This document shows, in pieces, positions 57,616 through 64,000 of a DNA stretch of 64,000 nt. This DNA is from a virus. Below the pieces are notes generated by a model. It was not told the DNA's origin. It worked only from the letters and a program-made list of their open reading frames with translations, and did no database searches. Where the stretch lies: the IMG/VR virus record IMGVR_UViG_3300042090_002597, positions 41,741 through 105,740 of that record. One strand, written 5' to 3'. Position numbers and translations under genes: made by a program. How positions within the stretch are numbered: position 1 is the first letter of the stretch; the number at the start of each line of letters is the position of its first letter.

Positions 57616-59327
57616 GACGATGGCCATTGCGGAGTGGCAAAACCATTCCACATCTGGCTAGCCAGATTAGCTGAGTTTTCCTGTGTGGAGAACACCTGCA
57701 GGCCTTGGCCTGTGCCTTGCGGCAAGCCGATCTGGTATATGCCGGAAGATCCTGGCGTATACTGGCGGCGCGCATTTCCGGTGTAGATGGATTGCAGCAA
57801 GCCGCCTGCGGAAGTATCGTTGTAAACATTCGCGGGCAAACCGCGGGTGAGCGTCAGCGTGGTCGACGATTGACCTCCGAACACGAAATGATGCGATACG
57901 CCCTCCACATAAAACTCCCAAAGCGTTCCGTCTTTGAACGGGGCATAGCGATAGCGCGTGCCGATATAGATACTCGGAGACAGCGGAATAGCGACCTGAC
58001 CTCTGAGCATCAACGGCAACGGGTGCCACCAGCTCGCCAGCGCCGCCGTCAGCGTAGCGACAGTTTGTTGGATGTCTATACCGCTGCCAGTTTGTGCCGC
58101 CTGTTGTGACGCCGTTCCAAGATAATCATAGAACCACCTGAGTGTGGCATTTACTGGCTGGTAACCGTAGCGGTGCACCGACGCCGGATCAGCGGCAGCC
58201 AAGTACACAAACGGAAACGGAACGACATTCGCACCGTTATCGCCGTACATGGTCGGGTAGGCGGTCGGATTGAGCATGTAAAAATTTCGCACCTCTTCCG
58301 AGGTGAATTCCACTCTGGACTCATAGAACCCGTAGCCGCTCGCCACTGTCAGGGGAAGCGCGGTCCACCGGCTGGTGTCCATACTGCTCGGGACATAGAT
58401 TCCGGTCGAGTTCAGTTTGGTGAAATTGAATTTCGGAATGGGCGTGACCCGCGCCACGAGTTGCGGACCAGCGGGCAGCGCAGCGGGGAAGTCTCGCATG
58501 GAGAACGTGGTACCAGACACGGCCACATTCGCATTTGCGTTGCTCTGCGAGATGAATTTGTAGACCCCGGACGGAGCAGTCGTGACAAAGAACTCGTACC
58601 AAGGCCATGGAAAGATATCCATGAATTTCGCCATCCACGATTCCAGTCCGAGGAATTGTTCCGTGAGTGGGATGTATACGTTCGGATACTGCTCCATATT
58701 TTGCGAAATGAGAGTGCTGAACGGTTTTCGCGTATCGCCGCCCTGATAGGGCACGAAAGTTCCGTTGAGCATGCCGGACGGGCCGGTCATGATATTGAAC
58801 CACGCCTGGCCCACCTTTACAGGTGTGCCGTCGCCGCGCAGTCCTTGTGACATCGCTTCGACAAGACTTGCGGGCACGTAGGCAAGTTGGCCTTCCAAAC
58901 CGGTGCCGCCGACAAGGCCGTACATGGCCAGCGAGTACCAGTTCTGCGTGTTGAAGAACCACGCGAAATCCGATCCGGTGATAGTCGGTCGACGCATGGC
59001 CGAAGATCCCTGGTCCCGCGTCGACCACATCTGATCTTCGGCGGTAACCGTGGCGACGCCGTCCAGCACAATCGCGGAATCAGATCCTCGGCTCATGCCG
59101 ATCAGGACATGACTGCATGGGGTAATGATTTCGGTCCAGTCCGGCGATGACTCCGGACCGTTCGGACCACCGGGTGCGAGTTCTATGGAGAAATTTCCAT
59201 TGCCGCCGCCGCGCAATGTTTTCGACACGGTGACGGATTTTATCTGGCCACCCTGAATGTAGACCGGCCCTCCTTCGTAGGGGTAGGCCTCGATCGCGCA
59301 GCCGACTGTTGCAAACGGTTCAGCCAT
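57612..59327 (-). CDS. Baseplate hub protein (gp27/gpD-like)
   Basis: EFYVEGVSHHFVFG..STTLTLTRG terminus; downstream of tape measure. Confidence 0.7.
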   Translation of the reverse strand: MAEPFATVGCAIEAYPYEGGPVYIQGGQIKSVTVSKTLRGGGNGNFSIELAPGGPNGPESSPDWTEIITPCSHVLIGMSRGSDSAIVLDGVATVTAEDQMWSTRDQGSSAMRRPTITGSDFAWFFNTQNWYSLAMYGLVGGTGLEGQLAYVPASLVEAMSQGLRGDGTPVKVGQAWFNIMTGPSGMLNGTFVPYQGGDTRKPFSTLISQNMEQYPNVYIPLTEQFLGLESWMAKFMDIFPWPWYEFFVTTAPSGVYKFISQSNANANVAVSGTTFSMRDFPAALPAGPQLVARVTPIPKFNFTKLNSTGIYVPSSMDTSRWTALPLTVASGYGFYESRVEFTSEEVRNFYMLNPTAYPTMYGDNGANVVPFPFVYLAAADPASVHRYGYQPVNATLRWFYDYLGTASQQAAQTGSGIDIQQTVATLTAALASWWHPLPLMLRGQVAIPLSPSIYIGTRYRYAPFKDGTLWEFYVEGVSHHFVFGGQSSTTLTLTRGLPANVYNDTSAGGLLQSIYTGNARRQYTPGSSGIYQIGLPQGTGQGLQVFSTQENSANLASQMWNGFATPQWPSS

Positions 59328-61793
59328 TTACTGCGGCGGTGCTGACGGTTGCGCGAAGGAAGGCCTGTTCTGCCACACGCCCATGTTAACAAGCAGTGTA
59401 ATAAGTTTACCTAGGCCGGACGCAGCATCGCGCGCACTTTCGCCTACCGCATGCAGGTTTTCCGCCGCCTTCGGAATAAAATCGTTCATCTGATTGAACG
59501 ACGCCTCGGCGCCTTTCATAGCCCCCGCAAGAGCGGCTGCTTCGCCAGCAAGTCCGGCGGAAGGCAAATTTCCTGTGATACCGTTCGCCCTGTCCGCGTG
59601 CACAGACAGACTGTCTGGAAGCGCCATACCGGGGATCAGCGTGTTGGGGAGCATGGACAGTCCGGACAGTGTTCCGGCGGACATCGCATCCGTCGCCATA
59701 CCAGTCAGTAGCCCGTTCGGCGCGCCGCCGTAGTTGCTACCGAGCGCCGCTCTGGAGTAGCTTCTCCGCTTGTCGAGAAGTCCAGGAACAATCTTCGGCA
59801 CTTCGTAGCCGCGCGTGAATGCGTCTGACTTTTCGTCAACTCCAGCACCGGACATCAAAGTTCCAAGCACACCGCTGTACGGACCTTGAAGCTCGGACCA
59901 CATAAAATCAAACTGTTCCGAATCCGGTCCTTGTCCCGGCGCATGACCGTACTTGGCGATGAACCGGCTGAGACGTTCTTTATTCCACTGAGCCAAACCC
60001 ATTGAAATAGAGCCGTCCGCCTCTTGCGTCGGGTTGCGCGGGTTGAATCCGCTCTCCGCCCGCACATTTCCGAGAATGGCGGCAATGCCCGACTCGGGCA
60101 CCCCTTTCTTAGCGAAATAATCGTGCATTGCTTTAGCACGCGCAGCTTGATTACCTGCTATGAAAGTCCCGGCGTCCTGGCCTGTATTTCCGACATCCAT
60201 GCCCTGCATGTAGCCCGGCAACTGCCGGGTGAACATGTTGTTGTTCATGATCGAGCGCATAGCGTCTGGATTACCGCCTGCCAGACCGCCTTCTCCACCA
60301 CCTGCCAGAATCTGACTTAGCCAGTAACCCGCTACATTCGTATTGCCTGCTGCTTGTGCCGCAAAATATTTATCTAGCATCTCGCTTCCAACAGGGTTGG
60401 CCTTGAAACTTTCATAGTATCCGGGCTGAAATTTATTTAGAAATGATTTTAACTGACCTTCGGTTTTCATCCCGGCAGCCGCTTGCATCATGATCTGCGT
60501 GCGCTGGGCATTTTTGTTATAGGAGCCGACCGTGGCGTCCTTCAATTGAGCAATGGCGCTGAGACCGGCCTCTCCGGTTCGTCCGCCGGGAAGATCGGAG
60601 TAACCCATCATGAAACCGGCTGTAGCGCCAACGCTGCCGCCGATGCCGCCACCGCGGGCGACCGAACTGATCGCGGCGTCGATAGACCGCAGCACGGATG
60701 CCCGGTCCATGCCCATCTCAACCGCGGTGGCCAGAATAGGCGCCAATTGCTGGGTGTAGGACGCCACTCCCCCCGCATTGCCGCCGATCATGCCGTAGCG
60801 CGCGGCGCCAGCCATCGAGCCTTCGACATTCAATCCACTGAATGCACTCGTGAACCGGGTGCCGCCGATGCTCTGGATCAGCGCCGCCGCCGATTCCGGA
60901 CTGTTCTGGACGATGCCGAAACTGTTCAGCATGCCCATCGCTTCGCCCGGTCCGAGGCCAAGCCTGCTCATCATCGCAGGCGGCACCAAGCCGCCATACA
61001 GCTTGTTCATTAAGCCTTGGCCGGAGAACCCACCTGCGCGTCCCTGCGCGAAGGCACCGTACTGGAAATTCCGATAGGCCGAAGCGTTACCGAGCGACGA
61101 ACTTTCGAGCCCGCCAAGAGTCTGCGGAAAGAAAAATGCCTCTTCAAGCGCCAGCCCGGCTGCCGCCGGGGTGAACCCGCCGGTCAAAAATTTTGATGCG
61201 GCGCCGACCCCGAGTGTGGACGCGAAGGGAATGTGCATACCCCCGCCACCTCCGCCACCGCCCCAGCCTCCGCCACCGCCACCAGGGCCTCTGCCTGTCC
61301 AGCGGCCAATGCCTGCTCTGCCTCCCCCACCGCCTCCACCGCCACCGCCGCCCGGGAAACCCCCGCCGCCTCCACCACCGCCTCCACCATAAAATCCGCC
61401 GCCGTAGATAGCCGACAGCCCAGGACCGCCCCCTCCTCCGCTCCGGCTGCTCGCCATGCTGGCGATCAGGTTGTCCGCCGACAGCACGCCTCGCAGATAA
61501 TAGGATACCGACCCGAATTGCGATCCGCCCGGCGGGCTCATGGCCATGCCGCGGGCGACCTCGGCAGCTATGTTCGCTGAGAAACCGCCGCTGGAAAATC
61601 CACCGCCACCGCGGGAAGAACTTGCGGCCGCGTGCTGCGCCATCCATTGCTGCTGGTGCGCCGAGGCGCCGTTGCTGGCCGAGACCGCACCGAACTGAGC
61701 CGCCTGCGCCTGCGCGAGAGTCATGTTTTCGACGCCCAGCCCGCCTGGCTGGCCATGCGCGGGCATGCCGGTAAGACGGATCTCAGGCATCAT
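59328..61793 (-). CDS. Tape-measure-like protein with phage tail lysozyme domain
   Basis: AAILGNVRAESGFNP, GLAQW, QFDFMWSEL, YEVP; poly-Gly tract; position after chaperones. Confidence 0.75.
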   Translation of the reverse strand: MMPEIRLTGMPAHGQPGGLGVENMTLAQAQAAQFGAVSASNGASAHQQQWMAQHAAASSSRGGGGFSSGGFSANIAAEVARGMAMSPPGGSQFGSVSYYLRGVLSADNLIASMASSRSGGGGGPGLSAIYGGGFYGGGGGGGGGGFPGGGGGGGGGGGRAGIGRWTGRGPGGGGGGWGGGGGGGGMHIPFASTLGVGAASKFLTGGFTPAAAGLALEEAFFFPQTLGGLESSSLGNASAYRNFQYGAFAQGRAGGFSGQGLMNKLYGGLVPPAMMSRLGLGPGEAMGMLNSFGIVQNSPESAAALIQSIGGTRFTSAFSGLNVEGSMAGAARYGMIGGNAGGVASYTQQLAPILATAVEMGMDRASVLRSIDAAISSVARGGGIGGSVGATAGFMMGYSDLPGGRTGEAGLSAIAQLKDATVGSYNKNAQRTQIMMQAAAGMKTEGQLKSFLNKFQPGYYESFKANPVGSEMLDKYFAAQAAGNTNVAGYWLSQILAGGGEGGLAGGNPDAMRSIMNNNMFTRQLPGYMQGMDVGNTGQDAGTFIAGNQAARAKAMHDYFAKKGVPESGIAAILGNVRAESGFNPRNPTQEADGSISMGLAQWNKERLSRFIAKYGHAPGQGPDSEQFDFMWSELQGPYSGVLGTLMSGAGVDEKSDAFTRGYEVPKIVPGLLDKRRSYSRAALGSNYGGAPNGLLTGMATDAMSAGTLSGLSMLPNTLIPGMALPDSLSVHADRANGITGNLPSAGLAGEAAALAGAMKGAEASFNQMNDFIPKAAENLHAVGESARDAASGLGKLITLLVNMGVWQNRPSFAQPSAPPQ

Positions 61794-62181
61794 TCACCGC
61801 CTTCCCGCCGCGGGTGATGCCCGGTTTCATGCCGCCGGACAGGCCGCCCTGCTTCGCCTTGTAGGCTTTCAGCCGGCGCTGGGCCTCCGCCAGACCGTCG
61901 GCCTCCATGCGCTCCTGGAGCGCCTTGCCTGAGACGGCGTTGAACCACGCCGCGCGCTTCTCGCTTTCCGCCTGCCGCGCGGATTTGCCGCCCCGGAGAA
62001 AGGTGTAGCGATCGGGCTCGTCGGCTGCGCCCATCTCCAGAATGAAGTCTATCTCCGCCGGCGTGTGCTCCGGCAGCGGCTTGCCGAACGGACCCCCGCT
62101 GCTATGCGCCCCCAGGATTCGGCTGGCCAGCCACAGCTTCCGTGCCACCGGGTGCGTCGTCGGGATTCCGTCTCGTTCGAA
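61783..62181 (-). CDS. Tail assembly chaperone, second (frameshift) part
   Basis: Open +1 frame overlapping the chaperone 3' end and running to the tape-measure start. Confidence 0.5.
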   Translation of the reverse strand, partial: FERDGIPTTHPVARKLWLASRILGAHSSGGPFGKPLPEHTPAEIDFILEMGAADEPDRYTFLRGGKSARQAESEKRAAWFNAVSGKALQERMEADGLAEAQRRLKAYKAKQGGLSGGMKPGITRGGKAVNDA

Positions 62182-62548
62182 ATCGGGCCACCGCCGTGTC
62201 GAATTCATTCGACAGCCTACGGACGGTATCCTCCCGGTCCGCCGGGAATTTATCGAAATCGACAGACGGCTTGCCATCCGGGCCCGGACTGTACGGCCAC
62301 TGCTCGCTGGCGCGCACCAGATAAAGCTCCATGATGGCGCACGCCCGGGCGAAGTTGACCGCATCGTAGTCCAATCCGAAATCGCCCGGGAGCACGCCAC
62401 CCTGGGCCGGAAAAGCCCGCCGCCGGACGTCCGCGCAGCGATATCCGAGTTCGATGGAGAAGCGGATCCCCGGCTTGCGGAAGGTGTAGGTTTCACCATC
62501 CAGGGTGATATCGAATGTTGGCGACAGGGGGTCTGTCGTACCTGACAT
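62102..62548 (-). CDS. Tail assembly chaperone
   Basis: Position between tube and tape measure; TFDITLDGETYTFRKP. Confidence 0.65.
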   Translation of the reverse strand: MSGTTDPLSPTFDITLDGETYTFRKPGIRFSIELGYRCADVRRRAFPAQGGVLPGDFGLDYDAVNFARACAIMELYLVRASEQWPYSPGPDGKPSVDFDKFPADREDTVRRLSNEFDTAVARFRTRRNPDDAPGGTEAVAGQPNPGGA

Positions 62549-62606
62549 GCAGCGCCTCGCTTCAATACTGATGGAAGCGCAAACATTACACGTCAGGTGT
62601 TAATCG

Positions 62607-63137
62607 TCAACCGGTAATGCCAAGGCTCCCTGCTGCCAGCGTGGTCGACGCCACAGCGGTGGCGATGCTGAGCGCGTTCTCGCCGGTGTTCAGGATCGAG
62701 TTGCCCTGCGCGTTCAGCACATCCATGGCCAGGAAGCTGTAGGTGTCGCGCATGGGCGCATTGGTCGGGATGGACTGCGCGAAATTTTGGCACTTGCAAC
62801 CAACGTAGGTGAATTTGATCGTGTTGGTCAGCCCGTCATAGACGTGGAAGTCGAACACGTTGCCGGCCAGGATGTAGTTCAGGTCCGTACCGCCCTGGAG
62901 CGCGTTCACACCCTGCGTGGTCAGTGCGAAACTGTCCAGGCTGATCTGCGGCGAGACACGCAATTGCTGTATTTCCTGCGGCAGGGCCGAGCCGATACCG
63001 TAGAGCTGCTCGGTGCCGAACGGATACTGATGCCCGACCGTCTGGGCAAAATACATGATCTGGTCACCCAGCATCACGGCGACTTGGTTACCATTACTAA
63101 CATTGTTCGCTACCGACTGAGGCTGAAAACCGGGCAT
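62607..63137 (-). CDS. Tail tube protein
   Basis: FGTEQLYGIGSALPQE motif; between sheath and chaperone. Confidence 0.7.
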   Translation of the reverse strand: MPGFQPQSVANNVSNGNQVAVMLGDQIMYFAQTVGHQYPFGTEQLYGIGSALPQEIQQLRVSPQISLDSFALTTQGVNALQGGTDLNYILAGNVFDFHVYDGLTNTIKFTYVGCKCQNFAQSIPTNAPMRDTYSFLAMDVLNAQGNSILNTGENALSIATAVASTTLAAGSLGITG

Positions 63138-63272
63138 GGACACACCTCTGATGCACGTCTCATGCAGAATACAGGCTTGCTCTAGTCGGCCCTATGGGGT
63201 ACAAAGTTCGGGCCGTAGCAGCGTTGGCGCGCTGCCACGGCCCTGTCCACGGAACCTGTACAGAGGCTCGAC

Positions 63273-63827
63273 ATGGCTTACCGAAAACTACTTCCTTCGC
63301 AGGCGTATCTGCAAGAGTGTTTCGCGTATGATCCCGCGACAGGTGAAGTGCGATGGAAAGTCCGCCCTCGGCACCACTTCAAAACCGGTCAGTCGCAGGC
63401 CAGAGCGAACACGCTGTTTGCTGGCACAGTAGCGGGTTGCGTGCACAAAGTGCGCAGTAGCCGGTTAGTGCGCGAAGTAGGCGTGGACGGAAAATTCTAT
63501 TATCTTTCAAGAATAATAGTGAAACTTATGACTGGCGTAGACGCCGACGAAGTGGACCACATAGACGGTAATCCACTAAACAATGTCTGGTCCAATCTCA
63601 GACCGTGCGCACAAATAAAAAACGCCAAAAATAGAAAATTAAACGTAACAAATACATCTGGATATAAAGGTGTAACTTTTAACAGAAAATTAGGCAGACA
63701 CGTTGCTCGCATTCAACACGACGGAAAGCGCTTGTTTCTTGGAGTCTTCGACACTCCTGAAGAGGCCAGCGCAGCCTATCAAGAGGCCGCGTTCGCCCTT
63801 CACGGTGAGTTCAGTCGAGGCAGCTAG
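63273..63827 (+). CDS. HNH-AP2 homing endonuclease
   Basis: YDPATG; VDHIDGNPLNNVWSNLR; NTSGYKGV...LGVFDTPEEASAAY...HGEF. Confidence 0.92.
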   Translation: MAYRKLLPSQAYLQECFAYDPATGEVRWKVRPRHHFKTGQSQARANTLFAGTVAGCVHKVRSSRLVREVGVDGKFYYLSRIIVKLMTGVDADEVDHIDGNPLNNVWSNLRPCAQIKNAKNRKLNVTNTSGYKGVTFNRKLGRHVARIQHDGKRLFLGVFDTPEEASAAYQEAAFALHGEFSRGS

Positions 63828-63833
63828 GCTACG

Positions 63834-64000
63834 TTATGTCGCCGAAGTGTTAACAATTACGAACGACAACGGCTCGACCGTTGCGAAGCAGGTGATGTAT
63901 TTATTCTGCCCGACCAGCACCACGTTCACGGTGATCGAGGCCAGTTGCAGAGTGCCGGTATAGGTCAGCACCAGGGAGCCGGGCTCCCACGAAGCGAGGA
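63834..64000 (-). CDS. Tail sheath protein C-terminus (partial)
   Basis: Open frame ...LASWEPGSLVLTY...VVLVGQNKYITCFATV* upstream of tube; call rests mainly on gene order. Confidence 0.55.
   Translation of the reverse strand, partial: LASWEPGSLVLTYTGTLQLASITVNVVLVGQNKYITCFATVEPLSFVIVNTSAT

Noticed and set aside
61240-61410. CCN-rich repeat as a separate element
   Set aside because: Simply encodes the poly-Gly tract of the tape-measure protein

Overview
The window is a 64-kb segment of a GC-rich, contractile-tailed (myovirus-type) phage genome. The host is probably an alphaproteobacterium, judging from a GcrA homologue, an alphaproteobacterial-like MarR/Cro set and a tRNA(CAU). In order it holds: small early genes; an isolated baseplate spike gene; a ~190-bp AT-rich palindrome; an operon ending in a nuclease-less Nop/IS110-C-terminal-domain protein followed directly by a 16 x 36-nt dual-repeat array (a TIGR-TasA-type RNA-guided locus, the standout feature); GcrA; a C5 DNA methyltransferase with a nested alternative-frame subunit; lysis genes; a primase-helicase; an N4/N6 MTase; a RecD/Dda helicase; an ~8.6-kb cluster of fibre/adhesin-like proteins that all carry signal peptides; a replication block (RuvC-like, SNF2, NADAR, DUF2800, DUF2815, SLOG, tRNA, ThyX, PolA); sugar/DNA modification genes; and baseplate/tail genes, including an intein-containing baseplate J and an HNH-AP2 gene between sheath and tube. 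No integrase, capsid or terminase large subunit is visible in this window. All family calls come from motif recognition by eye; no database searches were run.
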